64,000 nt of DNA from a virus. Lineage: Duplodnaviria; Caudoviricetes. Made by a program: the position numbers and the translations under genes. Location: the IMG/VR virus record IMGVR_UViG_3300032303_002590; one strand, written 5' to 3'. The notes under the pieces were generated by a model. It did no database searches. It was given only the letters and a program-made list of their open reading frames with translations, and was not told the origin of the DNA. Shown here piece by piece: positions 37,715 through 44,423 of the stretch. Each line of letters begins with the position of its first letter. The stretch's first letter is position 1.

Positions 37715-38092
37715 ATGAAAGTTACAAAAGAAAATGCAATCGCTTCAGTTCAAAATTCAGTTAGTTCTATCTTTTCAAAAGATGATGTGTTATTCCTTCT
37801 TAATTCAGTAGAAGTAGGTTCTAGTAGAAAAATTACTACTGAGGATATTGAAAGAGCGATTGATAAAACTATTAATTGGATTGATAATAATGAAAGAGAG
37901 ATAGTTGATTTAGATTCAGCTGAGTTTGAATTAACTTACAATAATCAAATTGAATGTGTTGGTGTTCCAATTAGTTCTGAAAGTATTAGAGAAGTATTAG
38001 AAAATAACTTCATGGATTTTGGTGAAACAGAAGATGAGGAGGAAGAAGAGTTTATTAGAATAACAGATGTAGTTGTTAATAACGAATTGTAG
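37715..38092 (+). CDS. acidic hypothetical early protein
   Basis: cassette ORF. Confidence 0.72.
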   Translation: MKVTKENAIASVQNSVSSIFSKDDVLFLLNSVEVGSSRKITTEDIERAIDKTINWIDNNEREIVDLDSAEFELTYNNQIECVGVPISSESIREVLENNFMDFGETEDEEEEEFIRITDVVVNNEL

Positions 38093-38103
38093 TAAATGAA
38101 TAG

Positions 38104-38134
38104 AGAGCGATTTTAATTAATCGCTCTTTTTTTT
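38104..38134 (+). terminator. intrinsic terminator
   Basis: AGAGCGATT/AATCGCTCT plus T-tract. Confidence 0.82.
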
Positions 38135-38137
38135 ATT

Positions 38138-38174
38138 AAGGAATAAGTTTTTTAAATTTAATTTCGTATATTTA
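38138..38174 (+). promoter_or_regulatory. early promoter
   Basis: AAGGAA 38138; core 38163. Confidence 0.75.
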
Positions 38175-38209
38175 AACGTTCAAGAGATATAAATTAAAAA
38201 AGAAAAGTT

Positions 38210-38410
38210 ATGGAATCAAATAAAAGAATTAGTGATGTAAGGGAATATTTTGATGTAAATTATTCTTATGTAGACATTGGAAGCATTTCAGATGAAGTTA
38301 TTTTAGATTACTTAAGTAATGGTTGGGTGTTAAATGTACCATTTGAAAGAAAAATGGACTTGTTATATGATTATATTTTAGCAAATGATTTAACTTATAT
38401 TAGTAGATAA
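38210..38410 (+). CDS. hypothetical early protein
   Basis: cassette ORF. Confidence 0.65.
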   Translation: MESNKRISDVREYFDVNYSYVDIGSISDEVILDYLSNGWVLNVPFERKMDLLYDYILANDLTYISR

Positions 38411-38445
38411 GGAATAAATTTTTTAATATAAATTTCGTATATTTA
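38409..38445 (+). promoter_or_regulatory. early promoter
   Basis: AAGGAA 38409; core 38434. Confidence 0.75.
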
Positions 38446-38469
38446 AGTATAATAATTAAAACAAATGTT

Positions 38470-38766
38470 ATGACTAAGAAAGAACAAAAAAACATTATTA
38501 CAAAACATGTAATTGAAGCAGTACAAAAGAATTTTAATGTAGTTGCAGATTTTAATGATGATGAAGGTCATGGTTATTTTACTTTTTCTATTGAAAGTGA
38601 AGGTAATGAATTTTTCTTTGATATGAGTAGAAATGATTTTTCTATTATATCTTATAAAGTTAGAGGTGAAAAATTATACAATGAAGCTCAACAATTAGAA
38701 CAGGAATTGGATGAGTTTATTGCAAATGAAATAGCAATTGTTGTTATAAATGAATTTTTTATTTAA
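38470..38766 (+). CDS. acidic hypothetical early protein
   Basis: cassette ORF. Confidence 0.68.
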   Translation: MTKKEQKNIITKHVIEAVQKNFNVVADFNDDEGHGYFTFSIESEGNEFFFDMSRNDFSIISYKVRGEKLYNEAQQLEQELDEFIANEIAIVVINEFFI

Positions 38767-38785
38767 AATAAATTTCGTATATTTA
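38749..38785 (+). promoter_or_regulatory. early promoter
   Basis: AATGAA 38749; core 38774. Confidence 0.72.
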
Positions 38786-38823
38786 ATCTGTAAGAAAGTT
38801 AAATAATTAAAAAAGAAAATGTT

Positions 38824-39120
38824 ATGAGTAAATTTAGAGAATTAAGAATGAATCCACCTAAATTAACAATTAAAGAAGGTGCGAGAGAAGTAATATTTAA
38901 AACTATTGATGCAATGTGTGATAATGTTCACTACATTACATTTAAGAAAAATGAAGAAGGTGACTTTAAAATGAATGGGAATGGTTTCTCACTTTCTAAT
39001 TGGCAAATGAAACATGAAAAACATGAAGTTGAATGGGAAGCAGATGAAAATATGTGGGGAGGAGTTATTGCAATGATTAATTCAGGAGTATCGGTAGTTG
39101 AATCAGTAATAAGTAGATAA
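38824..39120 (+). CDS. hypothetical early protein
   Basis: cassette ORF. Confidence 0.7.
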   Translation: MSKFRELRMNPPKLTIKEGAREVIFKTIDAMCDNVHYITFKKNEEGDFKMNGNGFSLSNWQMKHEKHEVEWEADENMWGGVIAMINSGVSVVESVISR

Positions 39121-39128
39121 ATTAAATA

Positions 39129-39165
39129 AAGGAAGGGAGTTTTTAACTCCCTTTTCGTATATTTA
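39129..39165 (+). promoter_or_regulatory. hairpin plus early promoter
   Basis: AAGGAA 39129; AAGGGAGTT/AACTCCCTT; core 39154. Confidence 0.78.
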
Positions 39166-39189
39166 AGTATAATTAAAAAGATAAAAATT

Positions 39190-39333
39190 ATGGAAAATTT
39201 AGACAGATTTTACGATTGGATGTTAAGAATGGGAAATGTACATTTAGCTGATAATGAGCAAATGTCAAAAGCATATGAAGCTATAGTGGAAAGTGATAAA
39301 CAAGTGAAAAATGTAATTTTAATAACTAAATAA
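39190..39333 (+). CDS. hypothetical protein, 47 aa (not in ORF track)
   Basis: MENLDRFYDWMLRMGNV after promoter. Confidence 0.6.
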   Translation: MENLDRFYDWMLRMGNVHLADNEQMSKAYEAIVESDKQVKNVILITK

Positions 39334-39335
39334 TT

Positions 39336-39581
39336 ATGATAAACTTAACTATTCAAGATCAAATAAATGGTTCAAACAAAACACAAATGTTAAGAGAAGC
39401 AATTGGTAAGGAATTCAGTGATAATTATAGTTCAACTAATCGAAGTATGTTAATTGATGTAAGCGAATGTGGTAATGTTTGTTATACTATGGAAATTATG
39501 AGTGAATATTCAAAAAATGAACCTAAATTAGGTATTTTTAAACAACCAAGTTGGTTGACTTGGAACGGAATGTTTTATTAA
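39336..39581 (+). CDS. hypothetical early protein
   Basis: 81-aa ORF. Confidence 0.65.
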   Translation: MINLTIQDQINGSNKTQMLREAIGKEFSDNYSSTNRSMLIDVSECGNVCYTMEIMSEYSKNEPKLGIFKQPSWLTWNGMFY

Positions 39582-39588
39582 AGTAAAG

Positions 39589-39625
39589 ATGGAAGGTGAT
39601 TTTAAATCACCTTTTCGTATATTTA
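39589..39625 (+). promoter_or_regulatory. hairpin plus early promoter
   Basis: ATGGAA 39589; AAGGTGATTT/AAATCACCTT; core 39614. Confidence 0.78.
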
Positions 39626-39649
39626 AGTATAATTAAAAAAATAAAAATT

Positions 39650-39862
39650 ATGAAATTTATAAAATTAACATCAGTGGACCAATCCTCAATTTTAATTAAT
39701 GTAAACCAAATAGGACATTTTTATCAAGTTGATGATAAAATGGAATATGGAAGAGTTACAGAAAAAAAACATACCAGAATAGGTGTAACAACACATAATA
39801 ATGGTGGTTTTAAAGTAATTGAAAGTGTAGAAAAAATACTTAAATTAATTAGTGAGAACTAA
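39650..39862 (+). CDS. hypothetical early protein (FlbD-like pattern)
   Basis: start moved to 39650: MKFIKLT..ILINVNQI..VIESVEKIL. Confidence 0.65.
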   Translation: MKFIKLTSVDQSSILINVNQIGHFYQVDDKMEYGRVTEKKHTRIGVTTHNNGGFKVIESVEKILKLISEN

Positions 39863-39897
39863 GGTATTTGAGAATTAAATAAAATTTCGTATATTTA
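39861..39897 (+). promoter_or_regulatory. early promoter
   Basis: AAGGTA 39861; core 39886. Confidence 0.75.
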
Positions 39898-39931
39898 ATC
39901 TGTAATAAGTTAATAATTAAAAAAGAAAATT

Positions 39932-40198
39932 ATGAAAATCGAATTAAACACAGAAGCAAGAGACAAAAGAATTAACCAAAACTATCATGATGCCTTAAAT
40001 AAGATATCTTCTTATGCTGAACAAGGTTTTGATTTAACAGAACATATCTTTCCAAAAGATATATATGAACAAGTAAGGACTAAAATTAGTGATCACATGT
40101 ATGCGTTTGATATTAAATTTGTCTGGGCGAGTATAGGTAATATGAATAGTATTGCTGTTGGGGACGGTCGTTTAATGAGATTTAAACTGTTAAATTAA
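39932..40198 (+). CDS. hypothetical early protein
   Basis: cassette ORF. Confidence 0.68.
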   Translation: MKIELNTEARDKRINQNYHDALNKISSYAEQGFDLTEHIFPKDIYEQVRTKISDHMYAFDIKFVWASIGNMNSIAVGDGRLMRFKLLN

Positions 40199-40233
40199 GG
40201 TATTTGAGAATTAAATTAAAGTTCGTATATTTC
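40197..40233 (+). promoter_or_regulatory. early promoter
   Basis: AAGGTA 40197; core 40222. Confidence 0.72.
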
Positions 40234-40270
40234 GAATGTTAAAAAGATAAATAATTAAAAAAGTAATGTT

Positions 40271-40438
40271 ATGAAAGAACAAATTTTAAATTTAGCAGAT
40301 GATTTATTTTTAGAAGATAATTCACCTAAAAGAGAGGCATTTATTAAAGAATTCGAAAGTGCAGTTGCATTAATGAGAGAAAATGATTTTGATCAATTTT
40401 ATGCTTTTGCAGATATTATAATGCAAAAATATAATTAA
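40271..40438 (+). CDS. hypothetical protein, 55 aa (not in ORF track)
   Basis: MKEQILNLADDLFLED, GTTATG start. Confidence 0.6.
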   Translation: MKEQILNLADDLFLEDNSPKREAFIKEFESAVALMRENDFDQFYAFADIIMQKYN

Positions 40439-40450
40439 AAAATAAATGTT

Positions 40451-40648
40451 ATGAAAGTATTTAAAATTATAACTAAGGTAAAATCAGTTAAAACTATTCA
40501 ATATATTGTTGAAGCAAACTCAATAGAGGAAGCAGAAATGTTAATAATTGAAGGTAATGAAAGAGGTGAAGGTGAAGAAGTTAAAGATAAAATAAAATGG
40601 GGAAGTGAGATTTTAACTAAAATCGAATTTATAGAGGAATTAGATTAA
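40451..40648 (+). CDS. hypothetical early protein
   Basis: VEANSIEEA motif. Confidence 0.68.
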   Translation: MKVFKIITKVKSVKTIQYIVEANSIEEAEMLIIEGNERGEGEEVKDKIKWGSEILTKIEFIEELD

Positions 40649-40670
40649 TTAAATTAATTTCGTATATTTA
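40634..40670 (+). promoter_or_regulatory. early promoter
   Basis: GAGGAA 40634; core 40659. Confidence 0.72.
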
Positions 40671-40707
40671 ACATGTAAAAAAGATATAATAATTAAAAAA
40701 GAAAAAT

Positions 40708-40950
40708 ATGTTAGTATTTAAAGAAAATGTTTATGGTTTTGTTTATGATTCAGTTGATGGTACTGTTACAAAGGTATATAAGGAACCTTTAAAGGAAAAA
40801 GAAATATTTTTAATAAATAATGTATTAGATAAAGATGTTTATTTATTTACAGATATTGAAGATTGTAATGACTGTTTTAATATTATTACTAAGGAAGATC
40901 TTGATAATGATGAGGAAGGTTTAAATAAGGTATTTGATTTTATAAATTAA
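40708..40950 (+). CDS. acidic hypothetical early protein
   Basis: cassette ORF. Confidence 0.65.
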   Translation: MLVFKENVYGFVYDSVDGTVTKVYKEPLKEKEIFLINNVLDKDVYLFTDIEDCNDCFNIITKEDLDNDEEGLNKVFDFIN

Positions 40951-40963
40951 TTTCGTATATTTA
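40927..40963 (+). promoter_or_regulatory. early promoter
   Basis: AAGGTA 40927; core 40952. Confidence 0.72.
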
Positions 40964-40996
40964 ATCTGTAATAAGATAATAATTAAAAAATAAGTT

Positions 40997-41323
40997 ATGA
41001 AAATACAATTTAAGGTTATCAATTTAGGTTTAAATGAATTTGGTGTTCAAGAATTAAATAATTATTATAAAGATAATATTAGTGAGAATTGGGTTCATAA
41101 ATTCAAATTAGGAGAAATTGTAGATAGTAACACAAAAATATTTAAACAAGAGAAATCATTTTTAAAATTGAAAGAAAATAACTATATTGGAAATTATAAT
41201 TGTACACAATATATTAAAGGTTCAGAATATGGTGGAGGTTATTTTTCAATTCAATTAAAACATATTAATTATAGAATAGTTAAATTAGAAATAATTGAGA
41301 AAGAGAATGAATTTGTTTTTTAA
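40997..41323 (+). CDS. hypothetical early protein
   Basis: cassette ORF. Confidence 0.65.
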   Translation: MKIQFKVINLGLNEFGVQELNNYYKDNISENWVHKFKLGEIVDSNTKIFKQEKSFLKLKENNYIGNYNCTQYIKGSEYGGGYFSIQLKHINYRIVKLEIIEKENEFVF

Positions 41324-41342
41324 AATACTTTTCGTATATTTA
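41306..41342 (+). promoter_or_regulatory. early promoter
   Basis: AATGAA 41306; core 41331. Confidence 0.72.
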
Positions 41343-41380
41343 ATCTGTAATTGAGTTAAATAATTAAAAGAAAAAAAGTT

Positions 41381-41638
41381 ATGAAAAATGTATTTGTTAT
41401 GTCCTTTGTTGATGATTTAGAAACTGTTAATAAGTTTGATGAATTTGGTTTTGTTTGTGGAATTGATGATTCGGTAAATGGTATTTGGTGTTGTGAAAGA
41501 GATTTAAGTTATTTAAGTGAAGAAGAAGTAATTAATTTTATTGAAAAAACATCTAAGGAATTGGACTATTTTGTTAATGTAAATGGTGAAAATTTTGATA
41601 AAGAAGATATTGAATTAATTAAAAATAAATTAAATTAA
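41381..41638 (+). CDS. acidic hypothetical early protein
   Basis: cassette ORF. Confidence 0.65.
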   Translation: MKNVFVMSFVDDLETVNKFDEFGFVCGIDDSVNGIWCCERDLSYLSEEEVINFIEKTSKELDYFVNVNGENFDKEDIELIKNKLN

Positions 41639-41642
41639 GGTT

Positions 41643-41834
41643 ATGAAGAAATTGAATAGTTTTGAAAGTTATTTAGTGATTGAAGGATTAAATAATTTAA
41701 AGGAGGAATATAAAAAAGATATAAGAAGAATTATTGAAGAAGGTAAAAATCCTTTAATGACTCAAGGTTATATAGAAATGGTGGTGGAAGAAACAATAAA
41801 TAAAATAAAACAACTGACACTAAAACAAAAATAA
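41643..41834 (+). CDS. hypothetical early protein
   Basis: GGTTATG start. Confidence 0.65.
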   Translation: MKKLNSFESYLVIEGLNNLKEEYKKDIRRIIEEGKNPLMTQGYIEMVVEETINKIKQLTLKQK

Positions 41835-42200
41835 AACTCAGTAAATAAATGATGGAAGATAAAGAAATATTATTAAGTGATTTAGTGGGGGAAAACTAAA
41901 TAAGTAATGTAAAAGAAATGTAGAGGTAATGTAGGGGAAGTGATTTCCCTATCTCTATTATAATGTGGAAAAAACATCCTATGAGGGAACGTATTTAGGA
42001 AAGATAATCCTAATATGAGTGAGGAATAGGATTGTATGTGGAAATGAGTAGTGGTGTGATGTGGTGGTTGGGAGGAAGGTACCGGTACTTTACCTATCCC
42101 AGGAAAACAATTCCTCCCCCCTAAAAAAGTATATACAAACCCTACCTCCAATTTCCAATTCCCTCAATAAAAGCAACGGTTTATAAAAAATATGTTGTAA
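41835..42200. other. non-coding block with a G-rich to C-rich switch at palindrome GTACCGGTAC (42079-42088); possible terminus/origin
   Basis: no credible ORF; hairpins such as TAGGGGAA-GTGA-TTTCCCTA 41932-41951. Confidence 0.5.
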
Positions 42201-42205
42201 AATGG

Positions 42206-42236
42206 TTGGAGTTTTAAAATATCTTTCGTATATTTA
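42206..42236 (+). promoter_or_regulatory. early promoter
   Basis: TTGGA 42206; core 42225. Confidence 0.78.
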
Positions 42237-42278
42237 ATATGTAAGAAAGTTAAATAATTAAAAGAAAAATAAAAGGTT

Positions 42279-42650
42279 ATGACAAAAGAACAATTTTTAA
42301 ACGGAACTGAATTTTATATTGGTAGAAAAAGTTACAAAGGAGCGGAAACATATTCCTACAATGCAAAAGACAATTATATGTCTAAACAAATCAGATCTTC
42401 TATTGATGAAAGAGTGGTATTAGAAGACTATGTTTGTAACGTAACAAAGATTGGTCGTGTAGGTTTTGTATGTATTACATTTGTAATGAAAAAGAAAGTA
42501 GTAGTTAAATATAAGTTTGAAGATTTGGTTGAATTTGAAGATCAAGGACCACAATATGATGGTGCGGGATTTAGTATTGAAGATAGAGAAGATGATGATG
42601 AAGAACAATCACACCACTGCGATGATCCATCTTGTAACTGTTCAATTTAG
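42279..42650 (+). CDS. hypothetical early protein with acidic, His/Cys-rich tail
   Basis: MTKEQFLNG..; ends DDDEEQSHHCDDPSCNCSI. Confidence 0.72.
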   Translation: MTKEQFLNGTEFYIGRKSYKGAETYSYNAKDNYMSKQIRSSIDERVVLEDYVCNVTKIGRVGFVCITFVMKKKVVVKYKFEDLVEFEDQGPQYDGAGFSIEDREDDDEEQSHHCDDPSCNCSI

Positions 42651-42695
42651 TAAAATTTGAAGGGGAGAATAGCTAACTCCCCAAGTATTAATCCA

Positions 42696-42766
42696 GACTA
42701 ATAGGCGTAATTGGAAAAACGCTCCGCAATGACGGAAGAGAGTGGGTTCGATTCCCACATTAGTCA
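42696..42766 (+). tRNA. tRNA-like RNA with non-canonical anticodon arm (no isotype assignable)
   Basis: acceptor GACTAAT/ATTAGTC, D-arm GCGT-AATTGGAAAA-ACGC, T-arm GTGGG-TTCGATT-CCCAC; anticodon arm only TCCG-CAATGA-CGGA. Confidence 0.68.
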
Positions 42767-42817
42767 CTATAGTGCTTCTCATAACCACTATTATTTTTTA
42801 ATTATTACAAGCCAGCC

Positions 42818-42838
42818 GCCCCACTATGTGGGGCTTTT
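42818..42838 (+). terminator. intrinsic terminator
   Basis: GCCCCAC-TAT-GTGGGGC-TTTT. Confidence 0.75.
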
Positions 42839-42980
42839 GGTGATTAATGGAGGATCCTCCCCATATAGCGCGCCTCATGGTGAAGGATGCTCTACGTTAT
42901 AGACGAAAGAGAAAGGATCCATGAGCAATGCTCAATGAATATCCCAACTTATTGAGCATCTGTTAGTTTGCGTGGTAAAT

Positions 42981-43011
42981 TTGGATACGCTAAAATAATT
43001 TCGTATATTTA
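42981..43011 (+). promoter_or_regulatory. early promoter
   Basis: TTGGA 42981; core 43000. Confidence 0.78.
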
Positions 43012-43035
43012 CATGTAATTAAAAAATGATATATT

Positions 43036-43218
43036 ATGAAAAAGTTTACAGTAGAAATTGGTCTTAGAAAACAAGCTAATAAAGCCTTAATCAATTCAAA
43101 TAAGTTAAAACATGTGTTTTATAATACCGGAACTACCTTTATTGTAAACAGTGAAGATTTAGGTGATTGTATTGATATATTAGATCGAAACATGATAAAA
43201 GTGAATTTGATTAGTTAA
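43036..43218 (+). CDS. hypothetical early protein
   Basis: cassette ORF. Confidence 0.62.
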   Translation: MKKFTVEIGLRKQANKALINSNKLKHVFYNTGTTFIVNSEDLGDCIDILDRNMIKVNLIS

Positions 43219-43236
43219 AACAATTTCGTATATTTA
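43200..43236 (+). promoter_or_regulatory. early promoter
   Basis: AGTGAA 43200; core 43225. Confidence 0.72.
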
Positions 43237-43275
43237 ACATGTAATAAGAAATTAATTAATAAATAAATAAAGGTT

Positions 43276-43641
43276 ATGAAAAATCAAGAAACAAAATTAG
43301 GTAGACCAGTTAACGTAAATTCAGTAAGACAAATTAGATTGGCCGAATTGGCTGCCAAACGTGAGGCAGGTGAAATTAAACGTGGAAGACCCGTGAATGT
43401 TGAAAGTAAATTCAACCAACGTAAATTGGAATTAGAGGCTAAACGTTTAAATGGAGAATTAAAACGTGGTAGACCAGTAGTGGAAGGATCTAAACGTCAA
43501 TTAAGATTATCAGTTAAGGGATTAGTTAAATTAGGACGTAAGCCAAACCCTCTAAGTAAATCCTACCAACGTAAGTTGGAGTTGCAAACAAAACGTTTGA
43601 ATGGGACCATAAAATTAGGTCGTCCTGCTAAAGCGGAATAA
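43276..43641 (+). CDS. basic protein with five AT-hook-like (GRP) repeats
   Basis: LGRP, KRGRP, KRGRP, LGRKP, LGRP spaced about 21-29 aa. Confidence 0.75.
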   Translation: MKNQETKLGRPVNVNSVRQIRLAELAAKREAGEIKRGRPVNVESKFNQRKLELEAKRLNGELKRGRPVVEGSKRQLRLSVKGLVKLGRKPNPLSKSYQRKLELQTKRLNGTIKLGRPAKAE

Positions 43642-43653
43642 ATCTCCCATAAT

Positions 43654-43695
43654 GTAGTTTCGGGCCTGCCCTCACAGGCCCACTACTTTATATTT
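43654..43695 (+). terminator. intrinsic terminator
   Basis: GGGCCTG/CAGGCCC with GTAGT/ACTAC extension, then TTTATATTT. Confidence 0.65.
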
Positions 43696-43724
43696 GGATA
43701 CGCCAGATCAATTTCGTATATTTA
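43694..43724 (+). promoter_or_regulatory. early promoter
   Basis: TTGGA 43694; core 43713. Confidence 0.78.
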
Positions 43725-43750
43725 ACATGTAATAAGATAAAAATTAGGTT

Positions 43751-43897
43751 ATGACAGACAAAACAACACAACGTGTAGCAAATATTGCTAAAATTGGATT
43801 AGTTATTTTATGGTTAGCATTTATGTGCTCCCTAACATCATGTGCATCACATTGCAGACAACAACACCGTTACTGGAATAACCATAGATGTGTATAA
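43751..43897 (+). CDS. small lipoprotein, 48 aa (not in ORF track)
   Basis: hydrophobic stretch then LTSC lipobox; TAATG-coupled to next ORF. Confidence 0.62.
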   Translation: MTDKTTQRVANIAKIGLVILWLAFMCSLTSCASHCRQQHRYWNNHRCV

Positions 43898-44121
43898 TGA
43901 TAATTTCATCTAAAAAATATGCCGCATGGCATAAGAAGGTTACCAATAAGCCCGTTACGCCTACCCTACAAATAGGAGTGGTATACTGGGGCGATACAGG
44001 TAATGGCAACATGGTCTGTGGTATGCTAGTTGGATACGAAAACGATATGGCTATAATAACCGATGCACGTGGTAAAGAGCATATCGTTATACAATCCACG
44101 TTACGCCCAGCGTATAATTAA
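43897..44121 (+). CDS. hypothetical protein
   Basis: start moved to ATG 43897; GC-richer codons. Confidence 0.6.
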   Translation: MIISSKKYAAWHKKVTNKPVTPTLQIGVVYWGDTGNGNMVCGMLVGYENDMAIITDARGKEHIVIQSTLRPAYN

Positions 44122-44178
44122 AATTTACTCGCGGGGATAACTCCTCCCATATAGTTATGGTTAAAAATACCATATACT

Positions 44179-44412
44179 ATGAATACATTTAAATCACTTA
44201 CCAAATTATCCGCCCAACTGGCGGATCTTATGGAGCAACTGGATGATGCGTTGAATGATATCGATAATAGCGAGTTATATAGCGAAATTGATAATAACGT
44301 TAAATCTCCCATAGAAAACGCGCTTACGCACCTGGATATCGCTTTGGATGATATTTCCGATGGCTTGTACGAGGATGCTCCCGAGTCTGAGGATTTCGAA
44401 GAGTGGGACTAA
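44179..44412 (+). CDS. highly acidic helical protein (DNA-mimic candidate)
   Basis: 22 D/E against 3 K and 0 R in 77 aa. Confidence 0.7.
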   Translation: MNTFKSLTKLSAQLADLMEQLDDALNDIDNSELYSEIDNNVKSPIENALTHLDIALDDISDGLYEDAPESEDFEEWD

Positions 44413-44423
44413 AAAGGATTTTC

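Noticed and set aside
8061-39650. Track start sites at 8061, 26942, 32308 and 39596
   Set aside because: They begin inside promoters, hairpins or upstream genes; downstream ATGs at 8115, 27005, 32371 and 39650 fit the leader pattern
42711-42902. 63-aa + strand ORF in the track
   Set aside because: TTG start inside the tRNA-like D-loop, runs through a terminator, atypical composition
42870-42920. Hammerhead ribozyme suggested by GACGAAA
   Set aside because: No CTGANGA core upstream on this strand
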